In this document: one piece after another, positions 45,628 to 59,700 of the stretch
Position numbering within the stretch: position 1 is the stretch's first letter
How the letters are laid out: the number at the start of each line of letters is the position of its first letter
Program-made: the position numbers and the translations under genes
Notes under the pieces: generated by a model
Databases searched by the model: none
What the model was told of the DNA's origin: nothing
Seen by the model: the letters and a program-made list of their open reading frames with translations, nothing else
Origin: Octopus vulgaris
Lineage: Eukaryota
Length of the DNA stretch: 64,000 nt
Assembly: GCA_951406725.2 (NCBI GenBank)
Contig: OX597834.1
Span: forward strand, 24,304,001-24,368,000
Direction: 5' to 3'

Positions 45628-48600
45628 GGCAGCAAGCTGACACACCTAGCAAAGTGGTTAGGAACATTTTGTCTGTCTTGATGTTCTGAGTTCAAATTCT
45701 GCTGAGATTGACTTCGCTTTTCATCCTTTCAGTTGAATATTAGGGTCAATGTAATCAATTTACCCTCTCCTCTGAGGTTGCTGGCTTTGTGCCAATGTTT
45801 GAAACCAAGATGAGCTGACAGAATCATTAGTGTACTGGGTGAAGTGCTTAGCAGTATTTCATCCAACTTGATGTTTTGAATTCAAATTCTGCCAAGGTCA
45901 ACTTTACCTTTCATCCTGTCAGGATTTTTAAATTAAGTACCAGTGAAACACTGGGGTCGACGTAATTGACTAGTCCCCTTCCCCCCTAAAATTTCAAGGC
46001 CTAGTGCCTTCAGTAGAAAATATTATTATTATATTTCAAGGGCAATAGATTAGCAGAATTGTTAGAATGTTGAAAGAAACACCTGTAACCGTCTCTCCTT
46101 TCCACACCAAAAAGTATTTGTGAGGTATCCTTCTTTGTTTTTATGTACCTATCCTAGATTTATAGTTTATTCTGTCTTCCTTTGCAGGTATACGAAGGAG
46201 TTGGGCGACAACGTTATATATCCCCATATAAACTGGCCTCCTATGATATTGTAGTCACCACATATGAAACTTTATGTAAAGAACTAAACTATGTAGATCT
46301 ACCTCACATGATATGTAAGCTTCCTTTTGTTTTTATTTATGTCACCTCTTCAAGTAACTCGTCATTGTTCATCATCATTGGTTAATGCCTTCCATGCTGG
46401 CATGGGTAGGATGGTTTGAAAAGAGCTGGACAGGCACAAACCTGCACCAGACTTTTGTAACTGTTTTGGCATGATTAATTCAAAACATTTTGAATAAATT
46501 TGACAGAATAATCTGAATGCTACATTAACATGTTTCGTTAAACTACTTCTATTATGAGATTTGTCATTTTATTTTTGTGTTTGATGGTTCTTTGCAGCTT
46601 CAACAGGAAAGAAATTTCGTAAACCTAAGCGGTATATGACTATTCCCAGTCCGATGGTTGCTGTCAGATGGTGGCGGGTAAGTTGTGTATGGTTCTTTTG
46701 CTGCTGAGTAGACAGGATTAGCTAAGCTTTTCTTGAGTTGTCCTTTGACACAGGGTGAGAAGTAGTTGTTAGAATGTCTATATATTTGTGTGTGTGTGTG
46801 TGGGGGGGGAGCTCTGTTTTTCGTAATCGATCAACATCAATGGAATTTGTAGCTGTGATACCAGTGCTGGTGGCACGTAAGAGAACTATCCGAACGTGGC
46901 CGTAGCCAGTGCCGCCCTGACTGGCCTCCGTGCTGGTGGTATGTAAAAAGCACCATCCGATCGTGGCCATTGCCAGCCTCGTCTGGCCTCCGTGCCAGTA
47001 GCACATAAAAAGCACCATCCGATCATGGCCGTTTGCCAGCCTTGTCTGGCACGTAAAAAGCACCCACTACACTCACGGAGTGGTTGGCGTTAGGAAGGGC
47101 ATCCAGCCGTAGAAACACTGCCAGATCAGACTGGGCCTGGTGCACCTTCTGGCTTCCCAGACCCCAGTTGAACCGTTCAACCCATACTAGCATGGAAAGC
47201 GGACGCTAAACGATGATGATGATGATGTATTCATCAGAGATAAATAGTGATCTTGTATCTTTTATCTTCTATCTTTTACTTGTTTCAAGCATTTGGCTGC
47301 AGCTATGCTGGATACTGCCCTGAAGGGTTTTAGTTGAACAAATTTATCCCAGGACTTATTTTTCCAAGTCTTATTCTATTGTTTGCTAATACTGAACTGC
47401 CAAGTTATGGGGATGTAAACACACCAACACTGGTTATCAAGTAGTGGTGGGAGACTAACACAAAGACACACACATAGATATATACATATATATATATATA
47501 TAACAGGCTACTCTCAGTTTCCGTCAACCAAATCCACTTTCAAGGCTTTGGCTGGCCAAAGCTATAGTTAAAGACACTTGCCTAAGGTGCCATGCAGTGG
47601 GACTGAAGCTGGAACCATGTGGTTGGGAAGTAAGCTTTTTACCACACAGCCACACCTGCACCTATATTTTATTTGTATTCTTAATCTCCCTCCTGGATTT
47701 AAACATGGAGATCTGAAGAGGATTACTTTCCACTTTCTGTTTAACCCAAATCTACCAAGCAAGTATTGTAAATATACATGCATACATACATATACTTGCA
47801 TACATACATATACTTGCATACATACACGCAAAAACATACATATGTGCACGCACGCACACACACACACATGGCAAAAAACAAAACACAAAGTAAAACACAA
47901 AATAAAGAGGCGGGATAAGTTTACAGTGCAAATCTTTCTCCATTGCAGGTATGTTTAGATGAAGCTCAGATGGTTGAATGTACCACAACTAAAGTAAGTT
48001 TCTTCAACTTAACTTACCTTGAATTTCTCTTTTATTGTTTTATGATTTACTAGCACTATGACCCGGCGTTGCTGGGTCATTGTGCTAGTGCATGCATATA
48101 CAGCTGTGTGCGTGCATGCGCACATACACGTGAGTACTGTCCAAATCTCCGACTAATCACATACAGCTAGGTGGCATTCAATTGGCGTATCAAGTTTCGG
48201 GCATTTTGATTAGGATTTGGATAGAAAATTCACAAAAAAGTCACTTCTATTGATTTTTTAATGGCTTTGTGGGGTGACTGGGGAAATGTAAAGATGTGCA
48301 CGGCTACCCTTGAACGGGTTTGAATGACCATAGAAAGTGCGAGCCCTCTAACCAAAAAATTGTGGATTTGTATAAAGGATACACGCAAACACAGACAGAC
48401 ATTTTGCTGTTTATATATATATATAGATGTATCCATTCTTGTGTGGTTGGAATAGGGATCAGTACAGTTCATTTCCTCCTGTCAAGTCCATTCACAAAGC
48501 ATTGGTTGACCTGGAACTCTAGTAGAAGTGCTGTGCTGTATGGTTTAATCTAAAACCACATGGTTACAAAGTGAACTTTTTAGCCATTTAACCATTTGTA

Positions 48601-51600
48601 AATAACTTCCCCAACTATTCATCTTCGTTAATGCTAGTATTGTTTTAACCCTTTTGTTTTCAGATTATTCTGTTAAATGTAATACTTATCTGTTCACATT
48701 GTTTTGAATTAATCAAGCATGATCTTGTAACTTCAAACTTCCGATGACATTGTAGGATAGGTGCGAGAGGCCAGATTTGGCCGATTTAAACACAAAGCAG
48801 GCAGAATATTTTGATTGAATATGGCCAGTTTAAATGCTAAAGGGCTAAAATATGTCTTTTTGTGTCATTTTAATTTTCACTCATTATCTTTTGTTTGTTT
48901 TCTTCTAAGACAGCTGAAATGGCTTCTCGGCTCACTGCTATCAATAAATGGTGTGTGACTGGAACACCAGTACAGAAAAATATTGATGGTAAGTTGGTAA
49001 CTTCTCTTTAAAAATGTATATCTTTTATCTTTTATTTGTTTCAGTCATTAGACTGTGGCCATGCTGGGGTACTGCCTCTAAGGTCTTTTAATTGAATGAA
49101 TTGACCCCAATACTTTTTATTTTTTAACCTGGTAATTATTGTATCGGTCTCTTTTGCTGAACTGCTAAGTCACAGGGATGTAAACACACCCACACCACCC
49201 TGTGAAGCAGGGTGTGGGGTGACAAGTGACCGAGACTTTTGGTAATATACTGTGCTTGAGAAGACCTTTCAAGCCAAGTGAGATCATAGTTGTGGCTGAT
49301 GCCAACTTTACATAAATGGCACCCATGCCTGTGGCACCTAAAATGCACCCACTACACTTTTGGAGTGGATGGCATTAGAAAGGGCATTCAGCTGCAAAAA
49401 CCATGCCAAATCAGACTGAAATCTGGTGCAGCTTCCCAGTTTTCAGTCAGACTGTCCAACCCATGCCGGCAAGGAAAACAAACGTTAACTGATAATGATG
49501 ACGACAGTGATGAGGATAGTCACAGCAGGGAAAACATTAATCATAAGTTGACTCTTGGGTATGTGGGTATTTCAAAAATAACCTCATGGAGAGAATGATG
49601 GCTGTGCCTTGCATAGATATGAGCTACCCTTTGGCAAAGCACAGCACCCATTCAGCCACCCTGCCAGGGATACAACGAAGTCATGGGACTGCAGATTGGT
49701 GGATTGTGAAGGGGTAGCAGAAGAGCTCATCTGAGCCACTGGTGCTTCTTACATTGATGCTGAGTGGGAGGAATCCCAGAAGATCAATGATCAGGATCAC
49801 TAAGCTTCGTCAAGAAAGAAACTGCAAAGCATCCATAGGGGTGGTGGCCATGGTTATGTAATCAGCTAATGAAAAATTCAATTCAAATTCATAATAATGG
49901 ATTTTGTTGGCAACAGAGAGTGATGAGAATCAGTGAAAACAGCAAAAAATAAAAAAATAAGTTGACTCAGTCTTGAATGACTCAAGATTAAGCAGTAACA
50001 GCGCAATGGCCCAGTGGTTAGGGCAGCGGACTTGCAGTCAGAGGATCGCGGTTTCGATTCCCAGACTGGGTGTTATGTATGTTTATTGAGCAAAAACACC
50101 TAAAGCTCCATGAAGCTCTGGCAAGGGGTGGTGGCGACCCCTGTTGTACTCTTTCGCCCTGACTTTCTCTCACTCTTTCTTCCTGTTTCTTGTTCCCGAC
50201 TTCCTACGCAACCACTGAGCCTGGATGCACATTCATCCATCTGTCGATGCTCTCGGTGTCGGGGGCATTGACCTGCTTTCTCTTCTGCGGGTCTTACAAA
50301 TAGCAAAGGACCACGTTTCGGACTTCTCCCATCTTGTGAGCTCTGGGACGAAGACCGTTCGCTCAACAGCAACAGCAGCAACAGTAATCTTTGTCAAAAA
50401 AAAAAAAAATCAAAATTCCAAACCGTTGTCTTTTCTTGCATTTCAAAATGATATGATGATTAGTGTGATATATAATTTCTCTTGTTTCTAGATTTACATG
50501 GACTTTTGCTGTTTCTTGGTCTTGATCCTTACTGGGTCCAACAGTGGTGGTGCAAGCTGCTTTATATTCCATATTTACATGAGAATAAGCAACCGTTGTA
50601 TGAAACTGTGGCAAGTGTTTTGTGGCGGACGGCAAAGAAAAGTGTTATTAATGAAGTAAGGGATTGCTCTTTGGTTTATTTATTCATTTATTTTGTTGTT
50701 GTTTATGTTATTTTATTTTATTTCTCAGAGCTCTCTGTCTTACTTGTTCTGGTTAATTATGTGAGAGCAGACAGCAACCTTTTGTCAAAGGTCTCACAGG
50801 GTTTCTCATGATCTCTTTCCACGAATTATAAGACTTGGCACCTAGATATTAAGTGTCGTGGGAGTATTTTACTATTATTAGTTATTATTAATTTATTATT
50901 ATTATCGTTGTTATTATTATCATTATATTTTTTTTCATGACATTGCTTCTCATCAAATCCTAAAATTGGGATTTTATGAGATTGTGAAAAGTTTTAACAT
51001 GATGAAGAGCAGTGGATGAGGTGTTCTTGTTACACACACACACACACTCTCTCTCTCTCTCTCTCTCTAAGAATACGGACTACTCCCACCACTATCAAAT
51101 ATATTTCTTTACTGCCCACAAGGGGATAAACACAGATGGGACAAACAAGGACAGACAAAGGGATTAAGTCGATTGCATCGACCCCAGTGTGAAACTGGTA
51201 CTTTATTTATCGACCCCGAAAGGATGAAAGGCAAAGTCGACCTTGGCGGAATTTGAACTCAGAACGTAACGACAGACGAAATACCGCTAAGCATTTCGCC
51301 CGGCATGCTAACGTTTCTGCCAGCTCGCCGCCTTTCCCCACCACTATCAAATATACCACACATCATGATTATTCATGGATGAGTGAGCGGAGATGTGAGG
51401 TTGTGATGTCTTTTTAATTGTGATGAGAACTTCGTTACCTATCTACTTCAGAATGTCTCACAGATTTTGTTTGTTTTCTTTATTCTGTAGATAAATATTC
51501 CTACTCAGACTGAAATAATGCATTGGTTGTCATTTTCCCCCGTGGAAGAACATTTTTATCGCCGACAGTACGGAGAGTGTGTAAGGGATGCTATGCAGGT

Positions 51601-51878
51601 AAAATCTCAGTTTCCACACCTATATTTTATCTATCTGTGTGTGTGTGTGTGTGTGTGTGTGCATGTCTTCTATCTTGTTCCAGTCATTAGACTGTGGTCC
51701 TGCTGGGCATTGCCTTGAAGAATTTTAGTTGAACTAGTCGACCCCAGGACTAATTTTCTTTTGTTATTCTTGGTACTTATTTCATCAGTCCCTTTGTGTC
51801 AAACTGCTATGTTATGGGGATGTAAATACACTAACACTGGTCGTCAAGCAATGGTGGAGGACAACTGTAGACACAAAA

Positions 51879-51933
<55 letters not shown>

Positions 51934-53721
51934 AGATGGGTTTCTTTCAGTTTCCATCTACCAAATCCACTAATAAGACTTTGGTTAGCCCAAGGATATA
52001 GTAGAAGACACTTGCCCAAGGTGTCATGCAGTAGGAGTGAAACAGGAACCATATGGTTGGGAAGCAATCTTCTTACTACACATGCATGCCTGCACCTATG
52101 TATATATTCTTTTACTAGTTTCATTTATTGAAGTGTGGCCATGCTAGAGCATCACCATAAAATTTATTTTGTTTTGATCTCTGGTGTCCATGCCAATACT
52201 TTTTCTAATACTTCTTCTATTGAACATTTTAGAAATGTAAAGACCTTTTGTCTTTAGTGTATAACTTGGTCATTTTGGTGCTTGCTGTTATTGAATCGAC
52301 TGAGGTGTTGCTCCAAATATCTTCCTCCAGCAGAAAACGGAGTCCTTTCTTCATTTGGTGGGGATCCCAAAGAACTGATTTCACTCTACCAGGAGGTAGG
52401 TGATTAGGAAATGGAATTTGAACCCACAATATAAAGTGTCAGAACAGATACTGCAAGGTCTCTTATCCATCATTCTAATAATTCCTCCAGTCTTCTGACC
52501 CTGGATTGGTATTTTATATATGGATACTGAAAGAACGAAAAGCAAAGTTGAGGTGGGGGAGGAAAGGAGGATAAGGAGGGGAGATGGGGAGGAATAATAA
52601 AGGTGGAGGAGGATGGGGAGGAGGAAGAATACTGAGACAAGAGGAAGGTCTTGGAGTCTCACATGCTGGTTGTTGGAAGTTACATCTGAATATATTGCTT
52701 TACCCCCGCTTCATTAAAATCACATGTCGGAAATCAAGATTAGAAAAGCTTTTTAATTAGTTATGTCACTGATTTCCAACTGTTATCAGGTATCTCATTC
52801 TTGAATGTGTCCGTTGGTTGGATTTGAACTGGGTTTCTTTATATCTTAAACACTAGGTCGCTAGAATTAAATAGGGTTTACTTGGATTGACTTTATTTTT
52901 ATTGCTTGCTTTCTCTTGATTTAACTACATGTTTGAAGAGTAATATTCATTTCTCTCTCTCTGTTTTCTCTCTCCATCTCTCTCTCTCTTCCTCCTTTTT
53001 TCTCTTTTTCTCATTACCTTTTTTCTCTTTTCACCAGCAATTGTCCAAATGGAAGAATTATTCTGTGAAGTTGAACAGTATTGATAGAAAAATACTTAGC
53101 CGTGTGAGTATAAATGAGTAATTGAACATTCCTCTATGGTATAATTCACCTTAGCCCTTCTGATGTTATTTTTTTCTGAAAAAGGAGAGTGCAAGCAAGG
53201 TTGTATAAGCGTACATAGATAGATAGATAGATACATACATACATACATACGTACGTAGGTACGTATGTATGTATGTATGTATGTACGTACGTATGTATGT
53301 ACGTAGGTGTATGTACGTACGTATGTAAGTATGTATGTACCAATGATGATGATACCAGGTGTTGCATATACTTTTACCCATTATTCAAACATAAATTAAA
53401 ACATTATCATTTGCAGAAATAGTTGCTGAGGTTGTATAACACTTCCTGACATACTTTTCTTTTCTTGTTTAACCTCAATTAAATATGGTGACTCAAACAA
53501 ATTGTAGCATTGAAAATGGCTGGTATAAAAAATTGCGATGTGATAACGCAGTTGAGAAAAGATTAAGGGCTATGGTGAAAGCAAAGGGTGGCCATTTTGA
53601 ATTGTAACTATATTTAAAATATTTTAAAATAAACATAATATTCAACCTGTAAACTTTCATTAGTCAAAACTTAAAACTTCTTAGTTTATAATAAAATAAC
53701 GGGTTGATATATATGCTGCAC

Positions 53722-53763
<42 letters not shown>

Positions 53764-56700
53764 ATCATTTAGTGTCTGTTTTCCATATTCACATGGGCTG
53801 GATGGTTTGCTTGGAGCTAATAAGGTGGGTGAGTGGGTTTACCAAGCTCCATTGTCTGTTTTGGCATAGTTTCTATGGCTGGATGCCCTTCCTAACACTA
53901 ACCATTCCACAGAATGTACTGGATGCTTTTTATGTGACACAAGCACCAGTATCAATTCTGCTGTAGAAGACAGGTATGTATATATGTATACACACACAAT
54001 CATACCTTATTTGATGGCATAAAACTTGCACAGGGGTATCAGACACACCCTTATTTCACCAGTGCATATTCAGGTAATAATGCATTAACACTTATGGGGG
54101 ACCCAACTTCAGGCCATATAGGACCTGGGGTGACTTTTTTGAGATATTTTTTTCAAGAAAAGTGCATCTTATATGTCATCAAGTACAGTTTATATAAGAG
54201 TGTGTGTGTGTATGTATGTGTATATACAGGGTGTCTCAGAATTAACTATCAGTGAAATTGAACAATTTTTTAAAAAAAACTCACTTTAATTATGTTTATC
54301 ATGTTTAATATGTGTTAAAAGTGTATAAATTTTTAGTTTTGTTTATAATATTATAATTTTCATAATTTTTTGATAATTTTATTTTCATTCCCGTTGGATC
54401 CTGCTTGTCTGTCCACAATAGCTTTTTTACAATTAGGTTGCAATCACTTTCTCTACCTCCACCCCCAGGATGGAGCAGTTGTTCAGCTGAACTTAAGTGT
54501 TATCCTAATTTCTAATCTCTTCTTTATGTTGCCAGCTTTTGCATCCGTTAATGAAATTGCGCCAGGCATGTTGCCATCCACAGGCAGTTCGGGGAGAGTT
54601 CCATTCCATAAACAAGAAGTAAGTCAGTTGATTCTATATCTAGTGAAGTGTGCAAATCTTGATAAATATACTGGGGAGATAAGATTACTAATCAATATCA
54701 TTTAACGTCTGTTTTCCATGCTGGCATTGGTCGGGTGGTTTGGCAGGAGTTGGGAAGCAGGAGAGCTGCACTAAGTTCCAGTCTTATTTGGCTTGGTTTC
54801 TATTGTTGGATGTTCTTCCTAATGCCAATCACTTTACATAAAAAGCTGGGTGCTTTTTATGTGGCACCAGCATTGGTAAATGTTTCTAGAAAAGACTTTT
54901 GTTGACAAATAAACATTTCCTTTCTTCAATGAAGGATTTTGTTTGGAAGGTATTTATTTTTTTTTTCCTGTTTTTGTAACAAAGATATTTGTTCAGATGT
55001 CAAGATTCTTTGCCTCCTGTGGCATACAAACTTCTGTGAATGTATGAACATCACTGGAAAATATTTTTGTTGAAACAGACGGAAGCTATTTTGTATTCAT
55101 TACGTAGATTATGAAACTCTGGGATGTCATCTACATACAAAACAAGGTGGGCAGATTTATTTGTGAATGGTTTGACAACCAGTATTGGTTTGATTACATC
55201 CCTATAACTTAGCAGTTTAGCAAAAGAGACTGATAGAATAAGTACCAGGCTTGCAAAAATGTAAGTGCTGGAGTCGATTCATTTGACTAAAAATTCTTGA
55301 AGGCGGTGCCCCATCATGGCCGCGGTCTAATGACTGAAACAAGTAAAAGATAAAAGATATTGCCAATGAAAATAGATTTCTAACAAGACAATAAATGGTT
55401 CACTGTTCACAAGAATGACAAGCACAAAAAGCTCCTGTTAAAGTATAGGTTTTGGTTTCAGTTCTTAAGAGGCCATTCACAGGTATGAACATACCAGCTC
55501 GTGTAAAGCTGTATCTTTCATACTGAGTCAGTGACATTGTTTTAATTTGTGGTAGACGAAGGTGCATGGCTCAGTGGTTAGAGCGTCGAGCTTACGATCG
55601 TGAGGTTGTGAGCTCGAATCCCGGACCGGGCTGCGTGTTGTGTTCTTGAGCAAGGCACTTTATTTCACGTTGCTCCAGTTCACTCAGCTGTAGAAATGAG
55701 TTGCGACGTCACTGGTGCCAAGCTGTATCGACCTTTGTCTTTCCCTTGGATAACACTGGTGGCGTGGAGAGGGGAGGCTGGTATGCATAGGCAACTGCTG
55801 GTCTTCCATAAACAACCTTGCCTGGATTTGTGTCTAGGAGGGTAACTTTCTAGGTGCAATCCCATGGTCATTCATGACCGAAGGGGGTCTTTACCCTTTT
55901 AGACTGTGATAGACTTGTGTATATTTTGTAGATGATTGTACTAGATCAGGCATTGACAACCTTTTTTTGAGAAGCAGGCCACATGAAAGATGGCTCAACA
56001 TCATGTGGGCTGCACTACTAAGACATCAAGGTAATTTTTTCTGCATGCTGTACAGGAAGTATTGTGGGCTGCAGTTTTCCTGTGACTGATCTAGAGCATA
56101 AGTCTTTGATGTTGTAAACTTCAATGGCAAGCTTTATTTTTCACTGTCTCACTTATTCTATCAACACCAATGGTCAAAAAAATGCTTTCCTTCAAACTGC
56201 AGTGAGTTGGTTTAGTATGTTGTGAGGCATTCCTCCAACACAAATAGATAAGACTTCTCCATAATAATTTAGATTTGGGCTTAAAGAAATGGTGGTACTT
56301 CCTTCTTTGTCCACCTTGTCTTTGATTATTTGCAACATGCCATCATAAAAAATATACCAGTTGTGAATTTTGTCTTTCCTTTTTATTTATTTGTAGAATG
56401 ATGACTATGGAAGAACTATTGCAGTCTTTGATAAAAAAAGGAGTTACAGAATGTGAAGAGGCTCACAGACAAGCCATTGCAGCACGTCATGGGCTTGCTG
56501 GAATCTATATCATCAAAGAACAGGTGTGTGTTTAAATGATACTGAATATGGGCGGCGAGCTGGCAGAAACGTTAGCACGCCGGGCGAAATGCGTAGCCGT
56601 ATTTCCTCTGTCGTTACATTCTGAGTTCAAATTCCGCCGAGGTCGACTTTGCCTTTCATCCTTTCGGGGTCGATAAATTAAGTACCAGTTTCGCACTGGG

Positions 56701-59700
56701 GTCGATGTAATCGACTTAATCCGTTTGTCTGTCTTTGTTTGTCCCCTCTATGTTTAGCCCCTTGTGGGTAGTAAAGAAATTAATACTGAATATAGAGTGA
56801 TCTCTGTAAAGATCACTCTGTATTCAGTATAGAGTTGATCTCTTACCAGACATTCCTGAGGCTGCTGCTAATGTGGACGTGGAGGGCGTCGAGGGTGTGG
56901 ACCTGGACATGGATCCCGAGGCTGGGGATGTGGATGAAGTTGAGTACATCTCTGTTGATGCCATCCTTGATGAGTCCAGTGGCCTGGGCCTAAACTTGCC
57001 AGTGCACATTTTTAGAATGACATTGTAGGGTAGGTGTGAGAGGCCAGATCTAGCTAGTTTTAACAAAACAGGTAGATTATTTGGGTTAGATATAATCAGA
57101 TTAAATGCTAAAAGGTTCAATTTCTTAAGTAATCTGCCTAAACCTGTGCCATTATTTCATTGGTTTCCAGTTGAAAGATGCCATAGATAATTACCGTCAA
57201 GTACTTTGGTCTGTACGAGAACACAAGAATACTATACGAACTGATGACCTGCAGCTGCTTCATTGTTACCACAACTTAAATGAGGTTTTGTCCAAAAAAC
57301 CAGAAGGTGTGGCCAGTGCTCTCGATGATGACAAACTCCAAGAAAAGGTGAGTGCCTTTTAATGTAAGGATTCTAACAGACAGGTGTTGGACTTAGTTTT
57401 TTTAGATTGTCTGAGGATGAAGGATGTTTGTTGACTCTTTTGTTTAACATCTGATTTTTTCATGCTAGCATGTGCTATATGGAGAGTTATATGAGGTAGG
57501 ATTTTTATGGTTCAGTGCTCTTTTGTGTGGCTGGGTGGCCGGGGTTATACTTAAACTTTGTTCACTTAACAAAACTGATAGATTTTCTGTCTGTGAAGAG
57601 ACAACTTAGTCTTTCCTTCTCTCTCTATTCTCTTTCTCTTTCACACTCCCTCTTTATCCTCTTTCTCTTTCCTTCTCTTTTTGACCTCTCTTTCCTTTCC
57701 TTTTTGACCTTTCTTTCCTTCTTTCTCTTTCACACTCCCTCTCCATCCTCTTTCTCTTTCCCTCTTTTGCACTCCCTCTTTATATCCTCTTTCTCTTTCC
57801 CTCTCTCTTTCACGCTCCCACTCCATCCTCTTTCTCTTTCCCTCTTTTGCACTCCCTCTTTATCCTCTTTCTCTTTTCCCTCTCTCTTTATCCTTATTTC
57901 TCATACCCTCTCATTCACTCTCCCTCTTTATCATTCTCTTTCACCCTCTCTATCTTTCTCTTTCCCTCTCTCTTTCACACTCTTCCTTTATCCTTCTCTC
58001 TCTCTCTCACTCTCTCCTTGCCTGTACATTTCTTAATTCTAACTTGCAGGCTGCTGAAATTCGAAATCGTCTCACAGAGAAACACCAGAATTTTGTGAAA
58101 GAAGCCTTTGACAATTGGCTTTCTTCAAAACAAAAAGCAGACAATCTTGAGAAACAGGTAAATACACTTTTGGTGTTTGATTTGGTTGGATTTTTAAAAA
58201 AAATTAATTTAATTTTGTAAATTTATGACTTAGTCAGGGGAGGATGGGCTGCACATAACAAGGGTAGCAAGGGCAGCACACAGTGAGGACAGCAAATAGC
58301 AAAGGTAACATACAGCAGAAACTGCAAGAGGAACTGCTTCTGAGACAGCTGGAGGAAATGGAAGAAGAAACCACAACTGAAATAGGAAGCTGTACACAAG
58401 GTCAGAATGTAGGCACAATGTGGAGTCTGCTTAACTCAGCCAAGAGTCAGCCAGGTTGTGGAAGAAATGAATCAGATGAACATTGGTGAAACTAACAGTA
58501 GTGATGTCACTAGAGATGATAAAACAAGGGTCAGGTTGGATGCATTTGTGTGGTGAGTAGCTGAGTGCTTACACAGATAGTTACCTTTATAAATGTACAT
58601 ACACGTACACGTGTGAGATAGATAGATAGATAGAGAGAGAGAGGGTTAGCATTTCTAATATAGCTTAAATATTTTTGACAAATGTAATTGTTTTCCTTTC
58701 CTGTATATATTTCTATGTCCTGTGCAGTTTCCAATGACTTTAATTATACTTTATCTTTACTGCTTGTGCACTTGTTTCGTTAATTTTTCAGTTCATTAAT
58801 GAAGAATGGTGGATGGAGATTCTAGATTTTGTTGTTGACCAAGACAAAAGTTCTCAGTTATTGAACAAGATCCAACACGACCTCACCTCGATTGATCAGA
58901 AAGGATTTTCAATAAGTGATCAGTATGGCATTTCTATGTTAATTTAGTAAATGTATTTTTGATATGTGTGTGTGTTTGTGTAAATACATATACATACAGT
59001 TACACTGCACACATTTACATACATGTATAATCTATATACAAATATTTAAACGCGCACACACACACACACACACACTACATCTGATGCCTCTTAAGCCTAA
59101 ATTTTCTCTCAAGATGCTTACACTCTGTTGAACATGCACACTGACATTGCACATCCAGTGAAGCACACTGGTTTCATTTCTTTCAAGCCTTCATATATAT
59201 ATATATGTTAATACAATAGAGACAATTGTCAGCTTTATAAAGTGAGACCAATAATAAAGATATAATTTTCTCTGTATGTATATATTTATATATATACATA
59301 CACATACTTTTATATGTATATGTGTATATAAATATGTTTGTGTGTGTTCATATATATATATATAAACTTAGGTAAGCAAATATTTTCGCATTTCAGGATC
59401 CATTCTATAGAGGGACTCAAGTTTATTGTGTCAAGACGCCTGACAGCATTTATATCTGAGAGAAGCAAAATCCTGAAAAAATTGAAGAAGTTACAAGGAA
59501 AAATACCTAGTCAGGGAGAAATTGATGAGACTGTTTCGTGTTGTATCAGAGCTGAAAGGAAACATCAACAGTTTAAGTGAGTGTTCTGAACAGAATTTTT
59601 CAGCAGTTACTACTACTGATACTGGGGTACAAATGTTCCATATATATAAATACACACATATACAGGGTGTGGTGAATAAACTGTTGTCTAAATTACGCAT

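Noticed and set aside
46860-47070. Repeat-spacer-like array resembling CRISPR
   Set aside because: The units are homologous along their whole length with no unique spacers, they lie inside a SINE, the context is eukaryotic, and no cas genes are present.
57515-58036. 173-aa Ser/Leu/Phe-rich ORF
   Set aside because: Translation of a CT-rich simple repeat.
58283-58489. 68-aa ORF in a SHPRH intron
   Set aside because: Looks like a decayed LINE 3' fragment; it has no fitting splice sites, and the flanking exons join in phase.
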